Shown: piece after piece, positions 11,991-25,851 of the stretch
Layout: each line of letters opens with the position of its first letter
How positions within the stretch are numbered: the first letter of the stretch is position 1
Assembly: GCA_951406725.2 (NCBI GenBank)
Contig: OX597816.1
Span: forward strand, 170,252,001-170,316,000
Length of the DNA: 64,000 nt
Source of the DNA: Octopus vulgaris
Taxonomy: Eukaryota
Direction of reading: 5' to 3'
Program-made: the position numbers and the translations under genes
Notes under the pieces: generated by a model
The model's database searches: none
Told to the model about the DNA's origin: nothing
The model's input: only the letters and a program-made list of their open reading frames with translations

Positions 11991-12743
11991 TGGAGATATA
12001 CAGTAGTGTAATGAAAGAATAGGGATGGAGAAACATCTGCAACTGCAGCAGTAGCAATGCTTCAGCCGTAGTAAATAATGTTCCAACTAGACACATTTCA
12101 TTATAAGAGCAAATAAATCATTCCATGCTAACGATATAATGCTTGCCGTTGTTTAGTTATAGTTGTTACGGAGGATTATTATTAGCTGGTGTTGTTTTAT
12201 AAGTACCTGGACATGAAAGGGGGGAAAAATATTATAATAATAATAATACACTCATCGAATTTTAGACTGATATAGAAATATATAAACATATTAAGCAGTC
12301 GAAAACAAACTCTGATTCAAAGCACATGGATGTAAAGAAGTGAATGAGCGATAAATTGTTGGAGGGGATCTAAGGCAAAAGGAAAGAAAGACAAAAGAAA
12401 AGATTGAACCGGAGCTGAGAGAAGGGGTTATTAAACAAAAGAAACAGATAAATAACAAAATAGGACAGAAGCAAAGAACTACAACGGGAGGGATTCTGTG
12501 CATGATATGTGTAAAGTAATTTTTTTTTCTGTTTTTTGTTTTTTTTTTTTGTTGTTTTTATTTTAATGTTACATTTGATCTCATGTGCGCATGAACGTTT
12601 TAGTTGCTATACATACATACGCATATATACACACACGCATATACACACATGCACACATGCACACAAATTCACACGTGTATGTACATACACACATACATAC
12701 ATATACATAAATACATGCATATACGGGAAAGAGGAAGAGAGAA

Positions 12744-12779
<36 letters not shown>

Positions 12780-14183
12780 TGAGGAAAAAAAGAGAGAGAA
12801 CGGGAGACAGACAGAAGAAGACTGTAAGAAATGCAGGTAATATTACGATATCCGATGTTCAATAGGAAAAGAGTGAGATTACAAACAGATAATTGATTTT
12901 CGGTAAGAACTTCGGTATAAATAAAGCGAAGCATATTTAATAAACGAATTCCGAACTAATTCTGAACTAAAGGTCCCCTAACTCAAGCGGAAACGGCGAA
13001 GAAATTAAAAACGAATAATATTACTTATGAAAAAAAAGAACAAGAAGCACACAAAAAAAATAATCGAAGAAATAAAAACCAAAAGATCGGTGACAGGCCC
13101 CACCTTGGCATTTATTATGCTAAAGTTGGTGCTGTTTGATTGGTTGAATATTCATATTTAACAGGAAGAACGAGGCGCCTTCTGAATGTATGTGACAGGA
13201 ATACACGCTATCGTAGTGTCTTGATTCCTTTCTTATTTCTTCGTCAAAGAGTTTTCTCGGCGTTTACAGTCAAAAGTTGTTTTTACATCGTAGCAGTAAC
13301 AACATTCTGTTTATAATCGAAATAAATTCCTCTTGAATATGAAGAGATACAGAATACTCAAAAATTATTAATAAATAGAAAGAAAAAAAAGAAAATATAA
13401 AAATATACTTCTGCAATTATATCGTCATAGAATATATGATATACATGAAACTTTGCAAAGTGGATAGGGTTGCAAGGAAGAAAGATTAACGGATAAACAT
13501 TTGATGCTTACGGTATTTATTAATTATCTACATAATTTAAATCCAAGAAAATGTGTTGATAAAACAAAATAATGAAAGAATAAGTGTTAAGTATACAATG
13601 AAAAAAAAAAGTACAATGGTTTGTTAAACGTATTTAAAACAGTTCTATCATTTTACTTGAAAAGGACTTTCAATATATTTAATAAAACATCTAATAAATG
13701 TAATAAATCCCTGAACAAGTGAAATTGCGAACTATTAAAGTCAACAAAGCGCGAGAATCTCAATTTCTAAAAGATTGGAGGTGAGTAAATCATTTTCTAT
13801 TTCTAACGAAGTTATTTATGAGTGAATAAAATTGATTGAAACTATATAACGCGTATATTAATGATTCAGAAATACAAAGAGATATGAAGACGCAAATATA
13901 TAAATACATAGACCTAACAAGAACGCATTAAAGTTATATACATGTGTTTGGGGCTGTCTGTCTACATACATACGCATAAACACGTACAAACAGACGAACA
14001 GCTTTTGATATAAAACTATTGTATGAGTATTCTTATACATAAAATACATAAAATCGAAATATTTTTTGTGTAATAGTTGTATACATTTCTGTGTTGATAT
14101 ATAGATGCACCTATGCACGAAATATTTGTACATGCACACAAACATATACATGCACACAACACACGCACACACACACACACACA

Positions 14184-14241
<58 letters not shown>

Positions 14242-14336
14242 AGACACTCGTACTTGTGTATGTGTATATATGTGTGTGCTATCATGTGTATATGAGCATG
14301 TGATTGTATCGAAAAGTATTTAAAATTATTTACATG

Positions 14337-14403
<67 letters not shown>

Positions 14404-14832
14404 GTCTATCTATATATTTATCTTTCTTTCTTTCTTTCTATCTGTCTCAGTAGGTATATAATTATCTATCTATCTATTTAACTATTTATGAACACACGCG
14501 CGCGCTCACACACACACACACTGTCTTTTGTCAATCTCGCTGCGTATATTTTGCAAACATTAAAATACATTCGTATTATACGTCCATAATATGTACCAAA
14601 AACTTACAAAGATATCCAACTAGGACAGTCTTAGAAGAATTCTAAGAGATACCCTTAAGTCGATTGGTAGAATTGTTTGTATTGTTGCTAATGAACGTTC
14701 CGCAAATATATCTTTAAACTTTTAAAGGTCCGATCAAACTTCTGGTTACATTGTTTTTTACTAGTGTTACTTTATCGAGTTTTCTCAGGAGTAATTTCTC
14801 TTTGCTCGCTATAAGCCTTCATAATTATATGA

Positions 14833-15215
14833 GGTGTGGTAAGTAGCTTGTTTACCAGCCACATGGTTCCGGGTTCAGTCCCACTGCATGACACCTTGGG
14901 CACGTGTCTTCTACTATAGCCTCGGGCCGACTAAAGCCTTGTGAGTGGATTTGGTAGACGGAAACTGAAAGAAGCCCGTCGTATATATGTATATATATGC
15001 CTGTCTGTGTTTGTCCCCCTAGCATTAATTGACAACCGATGCTGGTGTGTTTATGTCCCCGTTACTTAGCGGTTCGCGAAAAGAGACCGATAGAATAAGT
15101 ACTGGGCTTACAAAAGAATAAGTCCCGGGGTCGAGTTGCTCGATTAAAGGCGGTGCTCCAGCACGGCCGCAGTCAAATGACTGAAACAAGTAAAAGAGTA
15201 AAAGAGTAAAGAGTA
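14833..15215 (+). mobile_element. SINE family A
   Basis: Near-complete copy with (gtaaaaga)n tail. Confidence 0.9.
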
Positions 15216-15319
15216 TCACACGTAATATAATCCCTATCGAAAATAGGGAACTTTTCGAGAAGGTTCTATTGGTTTAATTGCCGGAGATAATTTATCAGAT
15301 AGATATTTGATCGACTGTG

Positions 15320-15570
15320 GAGTGCGTGGCTTAATGATTACGGTGTTGCAGTCATGGTCGTAAGATTGTGGGTTCAATTCTCGGACCGGACGATGCGTTG
15401 TGTTCTTGAGAAAAACGTTTCATTTTCACATTGCTCACGTCCACTCTGCTGAAATGAGTAGTCCTGTGACGGACTGGCATTCCGTCCAGGTGGGGTATAT
15501 ATACTCGACAGAATCCGGGAAACTGGCCTGATAAGCCGATGGTTCGGGAAGAACCTTTGATCTTTTTGAT
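15320..15570 (+). mobile_element. SINE family C-related
   Basis: gtggcttaatgatta...gggttcaattc...gttgtgttcttgagaaaaac. Confidence 0.65.
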
Positions 15571-15649
15571 TTAATCGATTCAGGTAAACTTCCAACGCAT
15601 AAGGTACTCAGTTGACCATTATTTCCTGTTAATTCACACAAATCTAATA

Positions 15650-15852
15650 TTTTTTTAAAATTTTGGTACAAGGCCAGCAAATTTGGGGGAGTAGAGATGG
15701 GCTAAGTTGTTTACATCGAGCCCGGTACTCAGTCAGTACTTATTTTATCGAGATGAAAGGCAAAGTCAACCTGAGCAGAATTTGAACTCAGAACGTAAAG
15801 ACGGACGAAACACACGCCAACGGCGTGGTAACGATTCTGCTTGCTCGCCGCC
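15650..15852 (-). mobile_element. SINE family B (degenerate)
   Basis: gaatttgaactcagaacgtaaagacggacgaaa...ctcgccgcc. Confidence 0.7.
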
Positions 15853-16164
15853 TTACACAAAAACAAAGAGAAAAAAGGGGAATCTTAAAGCCCCTTGCCG
15901 TGATATGAAGGAAGTATGTACATGTATGAGGATTTTTTTTTGCGACGAGTTTTGTTACAAACATACAATGTAGACAAAACAAACTCTACACTAAGCCAAG
16001 GCAGAGCATCTTATCTGTTGCTCGGTCTGCTAGAAACAGCAGCCGACTTCCTCAAATAGAATCTATTATCTTAAAATGATCGACACACATAGGATAATGT
16101 ACTCCCAGATTAACATGAAATTTAGGATGTGCCCGACTGGAGCGCTTTTAATCAAATGCACAAG

Positions 16165-16565
16165 CGTGGCGGTGTGATAAGATGCTTACTTCCCAAACAC
16201 ATAGTTCCGGGTTCAGTCCCACTGCGTGTCACCTTGGACATATGTTTTCTACTACAGCAGCGGACCGACCAAACACACACACACACAGACACGTACACGT
16301 ACACACACTGACATGTGTGTAACTATGTGTGTGTATGTAAGTGTGTATGTGTGATTGTCTTTGTGTCTTGTCACCCCCACCGATTGCCAACCGGTGTTGG
16401 TGTGTCTACGTTCTCGTAACTTAAAAGTTAAGCAAAAGACACATAGAATAAGAACCAGATTTAAAATAAGACTACTGGAGTCGATTCACTCGATTAAAAA
16501 TTCTTCAAGGCGGTGCCCCAGCATGGTCGCTGCAGTCTAAAAGCTAAAACGAGTAAAACACAAAA
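16165..16565 (+). mobile_element. Degenerate SINE family A
   Basis: gttccgggttcagtcccactgcgtgtcaccttgg...ggcggtgccccagcatggtcgc. Confidence 0.75.
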
Positions 16566-16733
16566 GACATGTATTTTGAATCAGAACGGCCTCCGACGCC
16601 ACCACGATAGACACCGTAAACCATGCTGCCCGCTCAGGTAGGTTCATAAGTAAAGTAGTTATAAAAGAATACCAGAAATGCCTGAACACAGAGAGAGAGA
16701 GTAATAGAATTAAATAATGATTCTTTCCATATT

Positions 16734-17108
16734 GGAGTCGCTGTGTGGTAAGTAGCTTGTTTACCAACCACATGGTTCTGGGTTCAGTCCCACTGCGTGG
16801 CACCTTGGGCAAGTGTCTTCTACTATAGCCTCGGACCGACCAAAGCCTTGTGAGTGGATTTGGTAGACGGAAACTGAAAGAAGCCCGTCGTATATATGTA
16901 TATGTATATATATGCGTGTGTGTGTTTGTGTGTCTGTGTTTGTCCCCCTAGCATTGCTTGACAACCGATGCTGGTGTGTTTATGTCCCCGTTACTTAGCG
17001 GTTCGGCAAAAGAGACCGATAGAATAAGTACTGGGCTTACAAAAAGAATAAGTCCCGGGGTCGAGATGCTCGATTAAAGGCGGTAAACAGGTAAAAGAGT
17101 AAAAGAGT
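16734..17108 (+). mobile_element. SINE family A
   Basis: Near-consensus copy with small 3' deletion. Confidence 0.9.
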
Positions 17109-17426
17109 ATATTGTAAACATGGCTCAAAAGAAGTAATTGAGGTAACTATATTTTAATTATACTGCACAGTTGTAGCATTGTGTCCACTCTAATTCTTTT
17201 ACAGTATGTATGTGTCTGTGTTTGTGACTGCATTGTACTGTGTGAGCGTTTAAGATTAACAACACAGAAGTCACATGTTTCCGAGTTCAATCCTACTGAG
17301 AGGAACCTTGGACATGCGTCTTCTGAAGCTTATTTAGTGGACTTGGCAGATGTTTACGGAAACTGAAAGAAGCTCATTGTCTGTCTGTCTGTCTGTCTGT
17401 TGTCTGCATGTATGTATGTATGTATG

Positions 17427-17501
<75 letters not shown>

Positions 17502-17515
17502 ATATATATATATAA

Positions 17516-17570
<55 letters not shown>

Positions 17571-17653
17571 TGAGGGAATATTATTCCAAACTTACAGGGA
17601 CACATTCAAATACTAATTTTTCATTATTGAATTGATAAAAGGTGTTTTTTTCT

Positions 17654-17721
<68 letters not shown>

Positions 17722-17724
<3 letters not shown>

Positions 17725-18585
17725 ATCGTGCGATGTTGTAAATTGTCACCGTTTTATATTATTAATTTCGTGCATGTGCATTGTTTGTTTTTGAATTTGT
17801 CGACTACACAGTATAGTAGGAACAGTTGGGCACAGTCTGTGAGAAAATGGTACCATAATGCATTTCACTCTGCCAGAAATTTAGAAACAACATGCTGTAC
17901 TGCTTGCCATTCGCGCCGGTATCTCCAATACGAACATTTCAGAATGTTTGGGTGTCTATCTGAGGACATGTACCAAGAAGGATAAAAATCAAACATCCAG
18001 AAAACATCACGGTATTTGTAGTGATCACTAGGGATGGCGACGTTATGCTTCTATTTATCTTCCCACACGGCATCACACTCAACATGGAGGCCTATATCAA
18101 GTGCCTGGAGGAGGTAGTACTGCCCTGGGTCAAGAGGGTGTCTGCTGAAAGTCCCTATGTCTGGCAACAAGGACTCTGCACCATACCACAAAAGCAGGAA
18201 AACTCAGCCATGACTGTCAGACAATTTCTGCGACCACGCCCCCGAACATCTGGCCACCTCCCAGACTGCAATCCCTTAGATTATTATATGTGGGGCACAG
18301 TTGAGTGAGGGACCAACAAAACTCCTTGTAACACCAAAGATGAACTGAAGGCAAGGGTTATGGCAGCATTCACCAACTTAAGCAAGGAGACCGTCTAGAA
18401 GAGTTGCAGAAGATTCCGAGTTCGTCTGGAGGCAGTGATCGAAGTCAATGGCGATTTTATTGAATAAATTTACTCTTTAGTATTTCGAGATATTTTTCTG
18501 TAATTTTGGTAAATATATCTGTTAAAATGAGATGTCAGTGTTATTTTATTTTTTTTTTCATAATTTAGACAACAGTTTAGTCACT
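17722..18585 (+). pseudogene. Decayed Tc1/mariner-superfamily (DD37D/maT-like) transposon
   Basis: Translation YIKCLEEVVLPWV...YVWQQ(D)SAP.H...PDCNPLDYYMWG...RLEAVIEVNGDFIE* with frameshifts and stops. Confidence 0.85.
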
Positions 18586-18589
18586 TTTA

Positions 18590-18783
18590 TTCATTTCAGT
18601 CATTCGACTGCGGCCATGCTGGAGCACCGCCTTTAGTCGAACACATCAACCCCAGGACTTATTCTTTGTAAGCCAAGTACTTATTATATCGGACTCTTAT
18701 GCCGAACCGCTAAGTTATGGGGATGTAAACACACCAACATCTGTTGTCCAGTGATGATGGGGCAAATACAGACACACAAACAG

Positions 18784-18829
<46 letters not shown>

Positions 18830-19018
18830 GTATATATGTATATATATCTATAACTATATATATATATATACGATGGACTTCTTTCAGTTTCCGTCTACCA
18901 AATCCACTTACAAGACTTTGGTCTGTCCGAGGCTATAGTAGAATACACTTGCCCAAGGTGCTGGGACAGAACCCGGAACAATGTGGCTGGTAAGCAAGCT
19001 ACTTAGCATACAGCCACT
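18590..19018 (-). mobile_element. SINE family A
   Basis: Full reverse-complement copy with central (TA)n. Confidence 0.88.
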
Positions 19019-19154
19019 CATGTGTGTGTGTGTATGTATTGTGTGAGAGTGAGTGTGTGTGTGTGAGTGTGTGTGTGTGTGTATGTGCTTCTCTGTCTGC
19101 GTGTCTGTGTATATGTGTATCTGTCTGTATGCCTGTCTCTGTGTGTCTGTGTTA

Positions 19155-19470
19155 TGGCACAGGCGTTGCTGAATGGTAAGAAGTTCGCTTTCCTCATGTT
19201 TTGGAATTCTGTCTCACTACCTGGCATCTTGGACAAGTGTTTTCTTCCGTAGCCCGGCCGACCAAAACCTTGTGAATAGATTTATTTGCTCCACTACTAC
19301 CGGTGTTGGTTTGTTTAAATCCATGTAACGTTGCGGTTCTGAAAGTGACTGAAAGCATAAGAAGCAAGTTTTTAAAAACCAAGGTTTAGGAATCGATTCC
19401 GTAGAGGAAAGCCCTTCAGGGTTGTGGCTCATCATGGCCACAGTCTAATGACTGAAACAAGTAAAAGATG
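19155..19470 (+). mobile_element. Degenerate SINE family A
   Basis: Head ggcacaggcgttgctgaatggtaagaagttcgc; tail gtctaatgactgaaacaagtaaaaga. Confidence 0.7.
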
Positions 19471-19546
19471 ACAGATAAAAATACGTACGTACGTACCTAC
19501 CTACATACCTACATACATACATACATAACTTACATACATACAGTAT

Positions 19547-19957
19547 AGGTGCAGGAGTGGCTGTGTGGTAAGTAGCTTGTTTACCAACCACATGGTTCCG
19601 GGTTCAGTCCCACTGCGTGGCACCTTGGCCAAGTGTCTTCTACTATAGCATCGGGCCGACCAAAGCCTTGTGAGTGGATTTGGTAGACGGAAACTGAAAG
19701 AAGCCCGTCGTATATATGTATATATATGTATGTGTGCGTGTGTGTGTTTGTGTGTCTGTGTTTGTCCCCCTAGCATTGCTTGACAACTGATGCTGGTGTG
19801 TTTACGTCCCCGTAACTTAGCGGTTCGGCAAAAGAGACCGATAGAATAAGTACTGGGCTTACGAAGAATAAGTCCCGGGGTCGAGTTGCTCGACTAAAGG
19901 TGGTGCTCCAGCATGGCCGCAGTCAAATGACTGAAACAAGTAAAAGTGTAAAAGAGT
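19547..19957 (+). mobile_element. SINE family A
   Basis: Near-consensus full copy. Confidence 0.9.
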
Positions 19958-20070
19958 ATACATACATACATATAATTTTGAAGATAATTCATGTTAAATT
20001 TTAAAAATAATCTAAAACGCTTCTTAAATGCGTATGTAACATACTTTTGTTTATAGAAAGAAGTATCGTC

Positions 20071-20149
<79 letters not shown>

Positions 20150-20634
20150 GTAATTCATGTTCATAAAAAAACCAAGACTTCGAAATACTGTCGACAAATG
20201 CATAAATTAAACACATCAGTAAATAATCTGTCTGTTTGAAGAGAAATGTTGAAGTTGATTTTAATTAGAGTGTAAGTTGTTGAGTATTCCAGACAAATAT
20301 GTGCATTTTAATTAATTTGAGGGAAAGATCAGCTGTCATTATGTGTCATTATGTGTGAAAAAAGTTGAATGAAAACTCGTCAGAACCTCGCCGACGAGCT
20401 TCCAAGCACTTTCCTTCTACAAAGGTTCACACAAAACCTCGTCTCGAGGTTTTGGGAAGAGACACGATGTCACACCAAACGAAAATCATGGTTCGAAAAT
20501 AAATCATCTTAATATTCACAATGCCTTCAACCAAAGCGTCGAGGTTGTGATGATGTTTGGTCGATAACTGATGAGAAGTCTCTTGTGTGTTTTTTTCCTG
20601 TTTCACTTCCTCGCCCTACAATGTCTCACATCGC

Positions 20635-20636
<2 letters not shown>

Positions 20637-20714
<78 letters not shown>

Positions 20715-20737
20715 ACAAACACACATACACACACACA

Positions 20738-20771
<34 letters not shown>

Positions 20772-20811
20772 TACTCACACACAAACACACACACACACAC
20801 ACACTCACACA

Positions 20812-20891
<80 letters not shown>

Positions 20892-20900
20892 TACACACTC
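20637..20900. repeat. (CA)n microsatellite
   Basis: Directly visible. Confidence 0.97.
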
Positions 20901-21163
20901 AAACAAATATATCTATATCTACATATGAGTTAAAGAAAAGTGAAACAAGGACTATGGCATTTAAATTCAATTAGTTTAGTTGAATTTAAGAGAGTAAATG
21001 CCAATGCCATTTCGATAGAATCAATAGATAAGCACCTTACAACTGTTTCACATCCAACTGGATATTTACTCGACCACAACTCCAGCCCTACTTAAGTAGC
21101 TTGTAGGATGGCACACTCAGACCGCATACTTATTAAACTGGATTCCCTTGCCATAAACTCATC

Positions 21164-21208
<45 letters not shown>

Positions 21209-21445
21209 AGTATATATATATAAATGAAACCATGGCGACTGAAGAAGGGGGTTTTTCCTTGTATTATTTGTCTTGTACTCTATTTTTTTTAAAGAAAAAT
21301 GTCCAGTTCCTTGGGTTTGTGTCTATGTTTTCGTTTCTCATTGTGTTCGACGTTTTTTTTTTTGTCCTGTACTCATATATGCGTGTATATATACGTGTAG
21401 AGGTAGGTACGTACATATATGTATATATATATATATGCATATGTT

Positions 21446-21488
<43 letters not shown>

Positions 21489-21496
<8 letters not shown>

Positions 21497-22109
21497 ATGT
21501 TACATTACTCGGTAGTCAAGATAAAACTCTGAGTTTCAGATGCCGAAGTGGAAATCCACAACACCATCTCTTCGGTTATCTGGCTATTTGAAAACGTTAT
21601 GAAAAAATACCGTTAAAAATGAAGGGAAATTACTCTGTTATAACTCTGCTTTGCCTGCGTACTTATACATCGCTCGCATTTTTCGTCATAAAAATTATAT
21701 AAAAATACATAAAAATATATAAAAATATATAAAATCTTCTTGGATTTTATAAGATTTTATAGATTTTATAGATTTTATATAAGATTTTATATATTTTTAT
21801 ATATTTTTATATATTTTTATGTATTTTTATATAATTTTTATGACGAAAAATGCGAGCGATGTATAAGTACGCAGGCAAAGCAGAGTTATAACAGAGTAAT
21901 TTCCCTTCATTTTTAACGGTATTTTTTCATAACGTTTTCAAATAGCCAGATAACCGAAGAGATGGTGTTGTGGATTTCCACTTCGGCATCTGAAACTCAG
22001 AGTTTTATCTTGACTACCGAGTAATGTAACATATTGTATAGATAAATTTCCTCTATTTACATAATATTGAGGTCTCTTTCTTTCTTTTGTTATCTTACCG
22101 TTTTTACCA

Positions 22110-22110
<1 letters not shown>
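21489..22110. mobile_element. Young fold-back element with hammerhead-like motif in (TA)n
   Basis: Essentially perfect arms 21489-21738 and 21781-22040; tail 22041-22110; (TA)n on both sides. Confidence 0.9.
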
Positions 22111-22204
<94 letters not shown>

Positions 22205-22491
22205 TGTAAATGTAATATGTGACAATTATTCGGTAGCCATGATGAAACTCCGAGATTCGGATGCCGGGGTGGAAATCCACACCACCATCTCTACCAGTTA
22301 TCCGGCCATCGGAGAAATCCGATAGCCGGATAATTGAAGAGATGGCGGCGTGGATTTCCACCTCGGCATCCGAAACTCGGAGTTTTATCATGGCTCCCGA
22401 ATAACTGTCACATATTAGATTTACAGATAAATTCCTCTATTTACATAATATCGAGGTCTCTTTCATTCTTTTGTTGTCTTACCATTTTTAT

Positions 22492-22494
<3 letters not shown>
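22205..22494. mobile_element. Older fold-back element of the same family as 21489-22110
   Basis: Arms 22205-22313 and 22318-22425 with GAAA loop; tail 22426-22494 homologous to 22041-22110; (TA)n on both sides. Confidence 0.88.
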
Positions 22495-22554
<60 letters not shown>

Positions 22555-22557
<3 letters not shown>

Positions 22558-22719
22558 GCAGACGTGTCTGTGTGGTAAGAAGCTTGCTTCCCAAACAACA
22601 TGGTTCTGGGTTCAGTCCCACTGCATAGAACGCACCTTGGGCAAGTGACTTCTACTATAGCCCCGGGACGACCAAAGCCTTGTGAGTGGATTTGGTTGAC
22701 GGAAACTGACCGAATCCCG

Positions 22720-22780
<61 letters not shown>

Positions 22781-22936
22781 TAAATGAAAGAATGGAGTCG
22801 AACGAAGATGTTAACAAAATTCCTTTACTATCGACACATGTTTCGAAGACAGCATGTTTTCATTCCAAAGGAATAAAGGGTGCATTATGCAATCTTCCAT
22901 GCTGACGATAAATATAGGATAATTCATTCACCTACC

Positions 22937-22984
<48 letters not shown>

Positions 22985-23240
22985 GAGAGAGAGAGAGAGA
23001 GAGGGGAAGGAGAGACAGAGATATTTATTTAGTTATGTGTGTGTGAATTTGTGTCTGCGTTTGTCCCTTGCGATCGCTTGAGCAACTATGTTGGTGTGTT
23101 TACGTCTTTAAACTAGCGGTTCGTCAAAAGAGAACGATAGAACAACTACTAGGCTTACAAAAATAACCCTGGGGTCGATTTCCTCGACTAAAAGGTCTTC
23201 AAAGTGATGCTCCAGCAATGACTGAAATGACTAAGTAAAA
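22555..23240 (+). mobile_element. SINE family A with an insertion in its central (TA)n
   Basis: Head 22555-22720, tail ~23040-23240; insert 22777-22940 carries cgaaacatgtgtc on minus. Confidence 0.75.
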
Positions 23241-23573
23241 GAATATATATATATAGAGAGAGAGAGAGAGATACATACATATATATATATATATATACAA
23301 ATAGATAGACATGTGTATATGATGTATATATATATATATATCCTCACACACATACATACATACATACATACATACATACATACATACATACATACATAGA
23401 AAGACACCAGTTAAGTTATATATACTTAACATCTGAGGAAGTATTTTCTGTCCTTAATTTAAGAAGGGCATAAAGTAAAAGTACACAGACTGAGCATACC
23501 CGTTCTTCAAAGAAATTAAAATTGCGTTCCGTGAATTCATCTATGCTCATGATACATATGCATATATACATGT

Positions 23574-23620
<47 letters not shown>

Positions 23621-23645
23621 TACACACACATGTGTGTGTGAGTAA

Positions 23646-23683
<38 letters not shown>

Positions 23684-23699
23684 TACAAATTTATATGCG

Positions 23700-23734
<35 letters not shown>

Positions 23735-24855
23735 GCATCTATGTATGTATGTCTGCATCCGTGCCTGCATATATGTATATAAACTGGTCCTCAGTCCAAA
23801 TATGCTTGGGGCATATATAAATCTTCAAGAAAGCCGTTCACTGTATTTTGTCATGGATGTATATATGTGTGTCCATATACATATACGCATTCCTGCTTTA
23901 TTCTGTTTGTATAATATAATTATTTCATTTTGTCTGTATGTCCACGTTATGTTGTGCTTGTTTTTGACACCGTCCATTTTTTAACCCTCTCGCTTTGAGC
24001 TGCAAGGAATTATTCTATGTTACTTTATTTGTATAATGTATATTTATTACATTTTAGTTTGTACGTTCACTATTTGTCGTTTTTGCTTCCTTGTTTATTT
24101 GTTCGCTATTTCCCAATGTCTTCTCGTCGTTGACGCCACTAAAAGGAAATAACATCATCGTCAAAGGCGTGAAATTGTTGAGATTCTTTAGACGATAACT
24201 GATGAGAATTTAGCGACATTTTATCTGTGTATTTTCTGTTTGTTCTGTTCGTTTGTAATTCTATATACTTTTTTAACACACATTATGTGTGTATGTGTAT
24301 GGATGGATAGATAGATGCATTCATATACGTATGTATTTTGCAAATAAAGTTAACTTTACAAAAGAGGATTCTCTTATAAACATATATATACACATATAGA
24401 CAGTGGAGTAAGAATACTGTTTGATATATAAGTTTTAATTTAAGGCCTTAGCGGAATGTGTAAGTAACATAAAGATAAGTAGATAGATGCATAAAGTTAT
24501 AAGTAAAGAGAGATAGAGACACGTGTGTCGCTGAATATGTATAAACACACGCACACACACAAACACACATATATGTACACAAATATATACAAATACACAT
24601 ATATATGCATATATATATAGACGTGCATATAGATAGATATTATAGATATATATATATATGTATACATCTATACATGCAGATATATATTTATATACACACA
24701 CATACACACACACATATGTATATATGTGTATGTATGTTTGTATGTATGTGTGTATATATATATATATATATACATAAATGCATGCGTACATATATATGCG
24801 CATGTGTATATATATATATATATACATACACACATATATATATATATACATACAT

Positions 24856-24896
<41 letters not shown>

Positions 24897-24901
24897 GGTA
24901 A

Positions 24902-24948
<47 letters not shown>

Positions 24949-25655
24949 CATACACACACACTTACCTATACATACATATCACTGAACTGATGATACAATT
25001 CCCTCATAGGGAATGGTCTATATTTGGATCGATGAGTACTAACTGCGACGTAAATTGTCAAACATTGGCAAATGTTTTATCTCTTATACCTCCACACAAA
25101 CAAGAAAAACAAACTGTAACTTACACGTATATTGAGTGCTATAATTGTTCATTGAGTCACTCAGTCTACTGTTGCTAGTGTATACATATATAGACATATG
25201 AATATAAATATGCCTAGTTCTCTTACTTTTGTGATCATTGTTTTTATAACATTTTAAATCTGTGGGTCTTATACTGCACCCTCTACTCCACCTTTCCCTG
25301 CACCCTCTACTCCATCTAATCTCTCTCTCCCCTTTTTCTCTCTCTCTCTCTCTCTCTGGTCACTTAATCTCTTCCTTTATTTTTCTGCAATATGTTTATC
25401 TTCTGATGAAGTACTAACATCAGAAACGTCGAATGTTTCTTGAAACATGTTTTTCTTGTATTCTTCTGTGTTTTTGTATTAATTGCTTCGATAATATACA
25501 TATGCATATCTCATTAGCACGCGCGGACACACACACACATACACACACATACACACATACATACACACATACACACACAAATAATCACACTTATATTTGT
25601 TTATTCGAACAACATTATTAGCTGTATTGTAACTTATATGAATGTGGGTACGATT

Positions 25656-25811
25656 GGAGTGGCTGTGTGGTAAGTAGCTTGTTTACCAACCACATGGTTC
25701 CGGGCTCAGTCCCACTGCGTGGCACCTTGGGCAAGTGTCTTCTACTATAGGCTCGGGCCGACCAAAGCCTTGTGAGTAGATTTGGTAGACAGAAACTGAA
25801 AGAAGCCCGTC

Positions 25812-25851
<40 letters not shown>

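Noticed and set aside
11818-12096. Poly-Ala/Thr/Ile ORF resembling a transcription-factor low-complexity region
   Set aside because: Trinucleotide mosaic with no domain or splice support
21232-21250. atggcgactgaag identical to 58273-58285
   Set aside because: 13-bp match with no flanking similarity; likely chance
24435-24961. Long ORFs such as 174 aa (also 38783-39388, 50598-51247, 20571-20974, 60591-60958)
   Set aside because: Translations of (TA)n, (CA)n, (TAGA)n, (CATA)n or (AAT)n microsatellites that lack stops by construction
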